A stretch of DNA of 50,785 nucleotides, taken from positions 1-50,785 of IMG/VR virus record IMGVR_UViG_3300008005_000900; one strand, written 5' to 3'. The stretch is from a virus. Taxonomy: Duplodnaviria > Caudoviricetes. The position numbers and the translations under genes are program-made. Under the pieces are notes generated by a model, which was not told the origin of the DNA, made no database searches, and worked only from the letters and a program-made list of their open reading frames with translations. Shown here one piece after another: positions 19,333-27,471 of this stretch. Numbering within the stretch: position 1 is the first letter of the stretch; each line of letters starts with the position of its first letter.

Positions 19333-20720
19333 CTGTAATCGTCACGGTTAAATCGATCATCATATTTGGGCGGCATAAAAGGCTTAGTGCTGCCAGGTGG
19401 TATTGCTGGGTTTGGCGCAGTAGTGGCCGGTTGATTGCCAGTATTAGTTGGCTCACCTCCTGCCGTGGTGGGAGCTTCTTGTCCATTAGGTCCTTCAGGT
19501 TGTCCAGCAAATCCGTATATAGCTTGTAATTGCGTTCTTTGCGACTCAAACATTTGCTGTAACTTTTGAACGCCTGCTGCTTGTTGTGCTGGTGTCATTT
19601 CTGGGTTGCTGTAAACGGCAGAAACTTGCGCCATATAGTTGTTATACGCATTAGATGAAGCAATTTTGTAATTTTCGGCATTTCTTGCGTCAACTTCTTT
19701 TACAAAGTTACTGTCCTCTTTTTGATACTTTACATTCGTTAATTCTAAGTCTCTTAAATATTGAGTGTCGGCATTTTGCAGGTTGTACTTTTGTATTGTT
19801 TCATCCCTGGCAGCGTTTAATTCAGCTTCTTTTTCTAGTTCAACCAACTGCTGTTTGCCTCTTACGTCCAGCAAACCAAGCTCGTTTTTATAGCGCAGAT
19901 CTTCTATTTGTTTTTGCTGCTCTAACTGGTATTGATTCAGAACGCTATCACGTTGCGCAGTAATCTCGGCGTTACGCTCTATTTGCTCAAGCTCTTGCTT
20001 GCCTTGGGCATCCAGCAAACCAAGTTTATTTTGTTGCTGTAGGTACTCCATTTTAACCAAGTTTTCTCTATCAGCATTATTTTGGTTATTCTGAAACCCA
20101 AATTGATTGTTTTGCAGGTTAGTTTGCAAGGCTCCATTTTTGTCAAACATGGAAGCGTCATGCCTGCGATTAAGATTATTCTGCTCGGCAGTAAACGAAT
20201 TTTGCCACCCCATCTGATCCGCATTGCCATACGTTGATGCATCTTGTGAGGCAATGGGCAATGCCTTATCAATCATCGAGGATAAAGCCGACTCATTGGC
20301 AATGCTTGAAGACTGTAATCCACGCTGAGCCATAAAGCCCTGAGAATTGGCGATAGCCTTGCGCATCATCGCGCTATTTGGGTCAAGTAGTCCAGTAATG
20401 CGATTTTCAACTAATGAATCATCACTAGGTTTATAGCTGTAATTTTCTTTGCCTTGCACACCAGTGTAGCCATCGCTTTTATATTCGGCTGGTGTGAATG
20501 TTGTTTTAACTGCTTCACCTATCAAGCCACCTGTGGCATATTTTGGATTATTTAAATCACCCCCTGTAGCCTCTGGTGGCACAACTTGAGCACTCATGTT
20601 TTCAGTTGTTGATTGATTGACAGGTACCACCGTTTTATTGGTGGCTTTAGTCGGCGTTGAAACGACCATTTTGTTTTGGTTGTTTTGGTTGTTCTGCTGT
20701 GTGGTTTGCACGACTGCCAT
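19329..20720 (-). CDS. putative ejection/internal virion protein with a 48-aa internal duplication
   Basis: Q/N-rich; QRGLQSSSIA...ALPIASQDA motif; two copies of N.LGLLD..GKQ.L 144 nt apart. Confidence 0.65.
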   Translation of the reverse strand: MAVVQTTQQNNQNNQNKMVVSTPTKATNKTVVPVNQSTTENMSAQVVPPEATGGDLNNPKYATGGLIGEAVKTTFTPAEYKSDGYTGVQGKENYSYKPSDDSLVENRITGLLDPNSAMMRKAIANSQGFMAQRGLQSSSIANESALSSMIDKALPIASQDASTYGNADQMGWQNSFTAEQNNLNRRHDASMFDKNGALQTNLQNNQFGFQNNQNNADRENLVKMEYLQQQNKLGLLDAQGKQELEQIERNAEITAQRDSVLNQYQLEQQKQIEDLRYKNELGLLDVRGKQQLVELEKEAELNAARDETIQKYNLQNADTQYLRDLELTNVKYQKEDSNFVKEVDARNAENYKIASSNAYNNYMAQVSAVYSNPEMTPAQQAAGVQKLQQMFESQRTQLQAIYGFAGQPEGPNGQEAPTTAGGEPTNTGNQPATTAPNPAIPPGSTKPFMPPKYDDRFNRDDYR

Positions 20721-21218
20721 TTATATCACCATGAACGTTTGTTCGGTTATGCCAAATACCGGCGCCGGATAAGATGAATTAACCAGTTCTTGATTAACAA
20801 TCCATTTGCCGCCCGTTTTAAAGTTCATTGTCAGAGTAAATACGCCGCCAACCACTTCAGCCACCATGAAGCGTATTGCTCCATCATCCCGCTTAAATGG
20901 CACCCTGAATTTTGAATCTGCTACAGCCAGCGTACCTGTTGCAATCACATCGGTTAACTCAGCCACCGTGTACTGGTTAGGACCATCTTCAAACCCGGTC
21001 AATGTATTGGACACTGAATTAATAATAATGGGGATTAGCTCTGGTTGCGGCGCCACATACTCAGTAAATCCGGTATTTACGTCATAACTTTTGCCAACAA
21101 GGTTAAAGTCAAATTCAGGCACAATGACATCAAATTCAGTCACTACATAACCGGCTCCAACCTGTTTAACCTGTGTGCATAAATTTTTATCAGTATTTAA
21201 AACCGCAATGTTATGCAT
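20721..21218 (-). CDS. tail-associated hypothetical protein (likely start MHNIAV)
   Basis: beta-rich ORF coupled to upstream gene; LVGKSYD..TGF pattern of tail accessory proteins. Confidence 0.55.
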   Translation of the reverse strand: MHNIAVLNTDKNLCTQVKQVGAGYVVTEFDVIVPEFDFNLVGKSYDVNTGFTEYVAPQPELIPIIINSVSNTLTGFEDGPNQYTVAELTDVIATGTLAVADSKFRVPFKRDDGAIRFMVAEVVGGVFTLTMNFKTGGKWIVNQELVNSSYPAPVFGITEQTFMVI

Positions 21219-21486
21219 CGTCTGAAATCTCCCAATACGCCGATCCATACGTCACCGTGCTGTTTCCTTCAATAGCGCCCTGCGATAGCTCTATTGTAGT
21301 GCTGTTTAACAGCCTGCCGCCTACTGAACCACCACCACTACCACCTGACGCCCTAAAGCCACTTGTGCCGCTTATGGTTAACTGTGCGCTTGCCATATCA
21401 ACGGCGTCGATTGTAATAGGCCCAGCATTTGCCGCCGCATAGCCTCGCTGAATTCTCTTGCGTGGTGCGCTTAAACTAAATCCCAT
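21211..21486 (-). CDS. small tail-fibre-associated protein
   Basis: KRIQRG...ITIDAVD..A.L...GRLLNSTTIEL...WEI pattern seen in short tail proteins. Confidence 0.55.
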   Translation of the reverse strand: MGFSLSAPRKRIQRGYAAANAGPITIDAVDMASAQLTISGTSGFRASGGSGGGSVGGRLLNSTTIELSQGAIEGNSTVTYGSAYWEISDDA

Positions 21487-21488
21487 AC

Positions 21489-22160
21489 TTAATACCCTCT
21501 ATAAACACCGGCACCAAGCCAGAGTAGTTCTAATTCAAATTGCCCGGTGATTGTGCCGCTATAATCGGTATTGCCATCTTGCAGGTCAATTTGATGGTCA
21601 TTTGCTCCGGCATTTGTGTTGATCGTAATAATACCGGTTAATCCGGTTGACTTTATTGTGTAGTTTGCGTTTGTTGCAGGGGTAGCCGGTAGATTAATAG
21701 TCGCGTCACCCAGGCAAACAATCACTAACCGTTCGGCGCCATTAGGCACATTAAGTGTGCCGCCATCGGTTATAATGGTTGGTTGGCCTGCCGCAGTAGC
21801 ATAAGACTGAGCGCTTAATGCCGCCGCCACAGCAACATCTTTATTAGCTTCAACCTCTGCTTGCCAGATATTGACTTGATCGTGCCACCCTTCTACCGCT
21901 TCTGACTGGCCAACAATCGTAGCTAAAGGGTAATAACCAAATTCACCTTCCGCCGTAACGTAGATAAAGGATGAATTTTCAAGGGCTGGTAGTTGGGCGC
22001 TACCTGCAAAGCCGCTTGGCAACTTTAGTCTTAGGTCTAATTGCTCCTCCACACCGTCAAAGCCAACAGCAATTGATTGATTGTCCGTGTTGTATTTATC
22101 AGATCGAATTGTCGTGCCGGGCGCAACAGGAACGGTATAGTTATAAAACGAATTACTCAT
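21489..22160 (-). CDS. short tail fibre / fibre anchor protein
   Basis: N-terminal MSNSFYN..PGT.IRS...I..GFD anchor after the nozzle gene, coiled coil, then TINLPATP domain. Confidence 0.65.
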   Translation of the reverse strand: MSNSFYNYTVPVAPGTTIRSDKYNTDNQSIAVGFDGVEEQLDLRLKLPSGFAGSAQLPALENSSFIYVTAEGEFGYYPLATIVGQSEAVEGWHDQVNIWQAEVEANKDVAVAAALSAQSYATAAGQPTIITDGGTLNVPNGAERLVIVCLGDATINLPATPATNANYTIKSTGLTGIITINTNAGANDHQIDLQDGNTDYSGTITGQFELELLWLGAGVYRGY

Positions 22161-22161
22161 G

Positions 22162-23778
22162 TTATCGTCTGCGACCTCTAGGTGAGTAGTGAACTAAATA
22201 GCTATTTAAAATGTGGGGCGGGTCTTCAGTGGTTGAGCCAGAAACGACAACAGAAATATTCCTGCTCACGCCATGAATATAGATGTCTGCCGTGAATGTA
22301 CTCGCTGCAGACCATCGGCTTTCATCCCATATCGCTTCATCCCAATAGCCACCGCCGCCCATAACTACTATCTCTGTGGAGCCTTCAAAGGGTACGTCTG
22401 GATCTGAATAGTTAAAATCTGGTGTGACGTTGAGCGTACAGGTGCCTGCGGTATCGACTTCTAAAATTAACTTCTTCCACCTTTTTTTACTGTCCGGGCT
22501 TCTAAAGTTAGCGAATGCAGGGCGGCACACAAACGATAATTCTTCACCATCAAAGCTACTGCCTTTCTCTGCTTGATAAATAAAGCCATCATCGCTGCCA
22601 AAATACACAACCTCTTTGCCTGTTGAGTCTTCACCTGAATAAGCGCAGCGAACTACTCGCCCAAAATCGAAGCTGCTAAAGCCCGACACCTCTTGCCCAT
22701 ACATCGTGGCAATGATGCCCGTGCCATCATCAAAGCAAAGCCGGTATTGATTCTTCTCTTTGATTACAAAGCTTGCTGTTACTCTGGTGATGTAACGACG
22801 TAACAACGGCTCTATTTTCTGGCTGACCGTTGCCATGTCAAAGTTACCGAATTGCTGAACACGGTCTAATCTGGCTAGCCCTCTATCATCCAAGTAGATT
22901 GCATCTGATATAGTTTGAATTGATCCGGGCATTGCACCGGTATTTCTTGACAGTGTTTGCAAGTCAAAATCGACATAGCTTTTACCGTAAAGCACATACG
23001 TTCTGTTGCGGCAAAATATGGCGCATGAATTATTGGCCTGCACAGACATCCCAGTTATTTCGTCCGATACAGCAATTTCCCCGCCGTTATCCACCGGGTC
23101 AAATGTTGTTGGATCGCCAACTGCGCTAAACAAAAATGAACCGCCTCGATACGCCAGCAGTAAAACCTGTGATGGCAGCACTTCTAAATGAATAGGCGCG
23201 TCCGGTGTTATTCTGCCCGTTATTTGAGTGAAGGTAGTGCCGTCAAACGAAAATAGCTTGTTAACCCCATCAACCCCGTAAAGATTATTACTTGCGGCTG
23301 ATCCGGTGAAGTTAGCTTGCACAAATTCATACTGGCCACCAGGTGATAATGTTGGTGTAGTTACCAATACCCAGCCTGAAGCGCTTGATTTATACATCTT
23401 GCATTCAGTCGCCCCAACGTTATCGCGAAAGGCATACACCACGCCGTTATATGACACAACGCCACGTATTTGCCCCTCACCTGGAACCGCTTGAATGTCT
23501 GCTCGTCTCGATGCTTTTTCCGCTAAAATGGCGGCAACTTCAGTTTCATCATCGGCAAAAGGATAGCCTACTAAATCGCTTGATATGGTAGCGGATGGTG
23601 CCGGTTGCCCGTCAAAGCGCTCATAGCCCAATATTCTCTGGTTGCGACCTAACGAATTAACTTCATAGTTAAATAGCTGAACGCACTCGCCAGGCTCTAA
23701 TTCCAAGACAGAACCAGCAAGGTTAACGCCGCCTTTTAAAATGACGCCTTTTACTTGGGTATCAGCCACCAAATACAC
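22162..23778 (-). CDS. tail nozzle / stabilisation protein (beta-propeller, P22 gp10/T7 gp12 role)
   Basis: 538 aa, GGVNL N-terminus, FSAVGDPTTFD, WD.A.WD motif, position after the adaptor. Confidence 0.7.
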   Translation of the reverse strand: MYLVADTQVKGVILKGGVNLAGSVLELEPGECVQLFNYEVNSLGRNQRILGYERFDGQPAPSATISSDLVGYPFADDETEVAAILAEKASRRADIQAVPGEGQIRGVVSYNGVVYAFRDNVGATECKMYKSSASGWVLVTTPTLSPGGQYEFVQANFTGSAASNNLYGVDGVNKLFSFDGTTFTQITGRITPDAPIHLEVLPSQVLLLAYRGGSFLFSAVGDPTTFDPVDNGGEIAVSDEITGMSVQANNSCAIFCRNRTYVLYGKSYVDFDLQTLSRNTGAMPGSIQTISDAIYLDDRGLARLDRVQQFGNFDMATVSQKIEPLLRRYITRVTASFVIKEKNQYRLCFDDGTGIIATMYGQEVSGFSSFDFGRVVRCAYSGEDSTGKEVVYFGSDDGFIYQAEKGSSFDGEELSFVCRPAFANFRSPDSKKRWKKLILEVDTAGTCTLNVTPDFNYSDPDVPFEGSTEIVVMGGGGYWDEAIWDESRWSAASTFTADIYIHGVSRNISVVVSGSTTEDPPHILNSYLVHYSPRGRRR

Positions 23779-24415
23779 CGCGCTTGAAGTCTGAGCTTGG
23801 TAATTGCTCGATTAACAGCCTTGCCATCCATTGATTAAACTCAACTTCCGACCGCCCGTACCGGTACATATCTTCTTCGTAATCGGCATAGAACATAAGC
23901 GCCCTATGCACGATTGCTTGGTGATATAAAGCAGGAATGATGCTGGCATCAGAGTTATTAGCCATTGTGGTAGGTTGACGGTAATAATCAACTGTCACAG
24001 CTAAGGTTTCAGTTGGAGTAGGCCAAACCTGTAAGCGCTGATCGGGCGTTAACGTCACCACTGAAGGCCTACCCGTTTTTGAATAATCACCGTATTCAAC
24101 GATGTTGTTTATCCAGTCCTGATATTTAACCACTTCAATTGACTGCCCAGCCACGTAAACGTTATTAACCGTTTTAGTTGGTGACATACCAAGAGAATCA
24201 ACGGTATAGCGGTACAGTCCGGCGGTTAACGTGCCGGTAGCAACAAGACGCAAAAATTGCCATTGGTCTTTAGACGCTACAATGTCACGCTCAGCATCAA
24301 GAACCCAATCGACAATACGCTCCATTATGCCAGTCTGCCCGATCACCGTAGCGGGACCGTCACCACTTACACCGCTTTTTTTCCGAACGGCGCGACAAAT
24401 ATCAAGAAAGGTCAT
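23762..24415 (-). CDS. head-tail adaptor
   Basis: MTFLDIC...WQFLR...QVWPTP...IIPALYHQAIVHRAL. Confidence 0.75.
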   Translation of the reverse strand: MTFLDICRAVRKKSGVSGDGPATVIGQTGIMERIVDWVLDAERDIVASKDQWQFLRLVATGTLTAGLYRYTVDSLGMSPTKTVNNVYVAGQSIEVVKYQDWINNIVEYGDYSKTGRPSVVTLTPDQRLQVWPTPTETLAVTVDYYRQPTTMANNSDASIIPALYHQAIVHRALMFYADYEEDMYRYGRSEVEFNQWMARLLIEQLPSSDFKRGVFGG

Positions 24416-24420
24416 AGTGA

Positions 24421-24891
24421 TTAATCAATTGTTCTGATTAATGAAAATGGAAAGCGCTGAACACGGCTAGATATAGTTTCATTCTGCCCGGTTTTTGGGT
24501 TTTTCTTGGTGTGAAACTTGGTTTCTACCGCATTTTTTAAGATCCCATAAATGCCGTAAGGCACTTCAACTTCTTCATCGTAAGCGACTTGGTAGTTAAC
24601 GCCATTCAAAACGCCTTGCCAGTGAGTGTCCGGCTCTTTTTCGTCATCACGCGAAGGTGGTTGATGAATGCGAATAACCGCTTTAGTGGGCTTTTTCTTT
24701 GACTTGGAAACGTCTTTAACTTCCGGCTTATCTGCGGCTTCATCTACGGTAATGCCAGCGGCCTTTTCAAGCTCACGAACCTGCTCAGTTAACTTCGCTT
24801 TGGTGTCTTCAATATTAAGCTTGGCACCTAATTCAGTGTCGGCGTAATCAACAATATCTTGCTTCGATGTTGAAGTAGTGATTTTGAACAT
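24421..24891 (-). CDS. conserved phage protein downstream of capsid
   Basis: LNGVNYQV...EVEVPY...LKNA...RFPFS pattern. Confidence 0.65.
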   Translation of the reverse strand: MFKITTSTSKQDIVDYADTELGAKLNIEDTKAKLTEQVRELEKAAGITVDEAADKPEVKDVSKSKKKPTKAVIRIHQPPSRDDEKEPDTHWQGVLNGVNYQVAYDEEVEVPYGIYGILKNAVETKFHTKKNPKTGQNETISSRVQRFPFSLIRTID

Positions 24892-24903
24892 TTTATTTTT
24901 CCC

Positions 24904-24931
24904 AAAAAAAGCCCCGGCGAATGCCGAGGCT
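24904..24931 (-). terminator. intrinsic terminator after major capsid gene
   Basis: AGCCTCGGC-ATTC-GCCGGGGCT hairpin plus T run on the minus strand. Confidence 0.75.
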
Positions 24932-24949
24932 GTATTTGCTACTTGCTTA

Positions 24950-25975
24950 TTAGGTGTTAGAAGGAGTTGCTAACGCACCCGCTTCAATACGCACCATCCA
25001 CAAGTCATTGAGGATTTCGCAACAGTAGTATGTTTTCCATGCCACTGATCCGTTTTGACCCAGTTCGTCACCAAAAGTAGGCGTACCAGGATTGCGAAGC
25101 ATTGGCTTGATGGCGCCGCCAGCTTCTTGACTGCCTTTTAACGCGATATGGCCAAACGCATGCATACCCATGACTAAGATGGGGTATACATCAGCACTTG
25201 TGCCGGTGGTTGAGATTAACTCAGACGCACCAGTGCCTTTCGCGCCACCTGCATCAGCCCAAGGGTTGAATAAAGGCGAGGCAATAAAGCGCACATCTTC
25301 AACGCTGCCCACTTCTTCAGCACAGATAACTTTGCGATTGCCGTACTTAGCCACTGGCACGAAACCAGGCATTGCACGAACTGAGGCAATGATGTCTGTG
25401 TGACAAACGGCAACAAAGGCCGCTTCAATGGGTGTAGTTGAAATGTTAACGCTGCCGCTTAACACGTCAGTAATACGTTTTGCGCGGTTTGCCAAAAGCA
25501 CACGCACAGCTTTACGTACAGTTGATAACGTGATGGTGCTGGTTACTTCGTCACGATCAGCGCCGTTTGCGTATAAAACGTTGGTACCAGCAATTAACTT
25601 GCCGTATGCCACCATTTCAACGGTTTCAGCCGCTTGCTGTGACGCGATTTTTAGCATGTCGGAACCAACTGGATCTTCATGCAAGTCTTTAACTACGTCA
25701 GTTAATTCCATCCATGCGCCATACTGTTGAACAGTGGCGTTAAAACGGTCATAACGGAAGTTGGTGCTTGAAGGGCGAGTGCCTTCAGTTAATGCGGTAG
25801 TAGCTGCAGCTAGCACCTGTGGGCGACGAAAGCGCATAACTTTCGAGGCATTTTTTGGCATCGGTTTAGCGTCACCTAATTTGTTCAAAACAATAATAGG
25901 CTCTGCATATTCTAACGCTTTTTTTTCTGCGAAGACGCCAGCGCCTACGCCTAAGTCACCATAATCACTAGACAT
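24950..25975 (-). CDS. major capsid protein, N4-gp56 family
   Basis: PMPKN.SK..RFRR, ALTEG..P, QQYGAWMELTD, EVGSVEDVRF, DELGQ.GSVAWK, ILNDLWMVRIE. Confidence 0.85.
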   Translation of the reverse strand: MSSDYGDLGVGAGVFAEKKALEYAEPIIVLNKLGDAKPMPKNASKVMRFRRPQVLAAATTALTEGTRPSSTNFRYDRFNATVQQYGAWMELTDVVKDLHEDPVGSDMLKIASQQAAETVEMVAYGKLIAGTNVLYANGADRDEVTSTITLSTVRKAVRVLLANRAKRITDVLSGSVNISTTPIEAAFVAVCHTDIIASVRAMPGFVPVAKYGNRKVICAEEVGSVEDVRFIASPLFNPWADAGGAKGTGASELISTTGTSADVYPILVMGMHAFGHIALKGSQEAGGAIKPMLRNPGTPTFGDELGQNGSVAWKTYYCCEILNDLWMVRIEAGALATPSNT

Positions 25976-25986
25976 GGTATTTACTC

Positions 25987-26859
25987 CTAAGTGGTAATTC
26001 GATTAAAAAGTTCAACTGGATCGGAGCTATCCAAGTCACTTGATGGCTTTCCACCGCCTTTGCGGGGAATAGCAACGTGATTAGATAAGTCCTTGGTTTT
26101 GTTTGCGGGTTTAGCCGGTTGGCGTGTACCCTTGTAGAGATTAAGCAGGGCTATGTTGTCATCTGCATCCATACTTTCTGCGATGCGCTTGATAGCGTTG
26201 GGCTGGCCTGCTAGCCAGTTTTGAAACGCTTGATCGGCTACCACATTTCTAAAGTCAGGGTGAGCGGCTTCGACGCGAGATAATTCAGAGTCAATGATCT
26301 TCTTCTGCTGCTCTTGCTCCCGTTCCTGCTGTATTTTTTGCAGAGGACTAAGCTTTTCCTCAATCATTTGACTGAGTTGCTTATCTCTTGCCTTGAGAAA
26401 TGCTGCTAACTCTGGATATTCGGCCTCGATGTCTTCATCGGTCATGCCGTTTAAATCTTCCTGAGTTGGCGCGTCTTCTTTCGGCTTGCCACCTTTTGCC
26501 TGCTCACTCTCAGCAACCAGTTTTTTAAACTTTTCTAGATCCCGTTGTGTTGGGGCTAATCGGTTGTAAACTGCTTGGTAATCGTTTTGAGACTTTTGGA
26601 GGGCTTGTTTTAGAGTCTGATACTGTTGGCGCAAGGCTTCAGGTGCCGACTGCCAAGGATCGTCTTCCTGATCGCTTTGTCCTTCACCACTATCGTCTTG
26701 TCCTTCATCCGTGTCAGTGTCGTCATCTTGATCCAGCTTTGAATCTTCATTAACCGGCTTACCGGAGTCTTTGTCAGAGTCCTCGCTAGTTATTTGTGCG
26801 AACAAAGCTGCCGCCTCGTCGATTTCTTCGATCTGCGGTTTATTTTCATTGTTACTCAT
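25987..26859 (-). CDS. capsid scaffolding protein
   Basis: acidic coiled coil with HPDF..V.AD.AF..WL motif, directly upstream of MCP. Confidence 0.75.
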   Translation of the reverse strand: MSNNENKPQIEEIDEAAALFAQITSEDSDKDSGKPVNEDSKLDQDDDTDTDEGQDDSGEGQSDQEDDPWQSAPEALRQQYQTLKQALQKSQNDYQAVYNRLAPTQRDLEKFKKLVAESEQAKGGKPKEDAPTQEDLNGMTDEDIEAEYPELAAFLKARDKQLSQMIEEKLSPLQKIQQEREQEQQKKIIDSELSRVEAAHPDFRNVVADQAFQNWLAGQPNAIKRIAESMDADDNIALLNLYKGTRQPAKPANKTKDLSNHVAIPRKGGGKPSSDLDSSDPVELFNRITT

Positions 26860-26893
26860 GGGTTTCTCTGTGTTTGAGTGCTTTCGCAGTCAT

Positions 26894-26919
26894 AAAAAAC
26901 CCACTACAATGAGTGGGTT
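26894..26919 (-). terminator. intrinsic terminator upstream of scaffold
   Basis: AACCCACT-N6-AGTGGGTT plus T run. Confidence 0.65.
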
Positions 26920-26950
26920 CTGGTTTGCCGAGTGATTGCTCAGTCAGCGG

Positions 26951-27283
26951 TTAAACTGTTTCGTAAGTGGCTTGGAAAATATCAGGCTTGCAAGGGTATT
27001 TTTCGCCCTTAACTCCAGTAATAATAAAATCACCAGGGCAAACAATGTGACCACCTTCTAGCGTATCTATCCAGCCATGAGAGTGCATGTTATTACTGCA
27101 TTGTTTGCAACTAGATTTGCCATCAACATCAGGAGTTCTGAAATAGCGAACCACCTTCCCTTCAAACTTCTCTCCTTTAAATTTTCCGGAATCAAAGGTT
27201 TCACTTCCATCTTCAGGATGATCGCCATTTTTAAACCATTGAACCGCATCAATAACGACTGGCTTCTTTCTATACTTAGCCAT
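26951..27283 (-). CDS. widespread phage protein of unknown function (KYRKKPVVI.A...TLEG...PGDFII.G..GE.YPCKPDIF family)
   Basis: recognisable family motifs with a CxxC..HxH insertion. Confidence 0.75.
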   Translation of the reverse strand: MAKYRKKPVVIDAVQWFKNGDHPEDGSETFDSGKFKGEKFEGKVVRYFRTPDVDGKSSCKQCSNNMHSHGWIDTLEGGHIVCPGDFIITGVKGEKYPCKPDIFQATYETV

Positions 27284-27285
27284 AG

Positions 27286-27471
27286 TTATTCCTCTTCTTT
27301 AATTGCTAGAATGTGTGCTGGATAGCGGTCCAATATGTCATCAATCTGTTTGATGCTGCCGCGAACTTCTGGGTTATCCTGCCTAACTAACTGTTCAACT
27401 AAGTCTTTTCTATCAGACTCAAGGGCAGCTTTAATCTTGAGCCATGCTGCTGAGTGGATTAATTGACTCAT
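27286..27471 (-). CDS. small helical protein downstream of portal
   Basis: SAAWLKIK..L...VRGSIKQI pattern common between portal and scaffold. Confidence 0.65.
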   Translation of the reverse strand: MSQLIHSAAWLKIKAALESDRKDLVEQLVRQDNPEVRGSIKQIDDILDRYPAHILAIKEEE

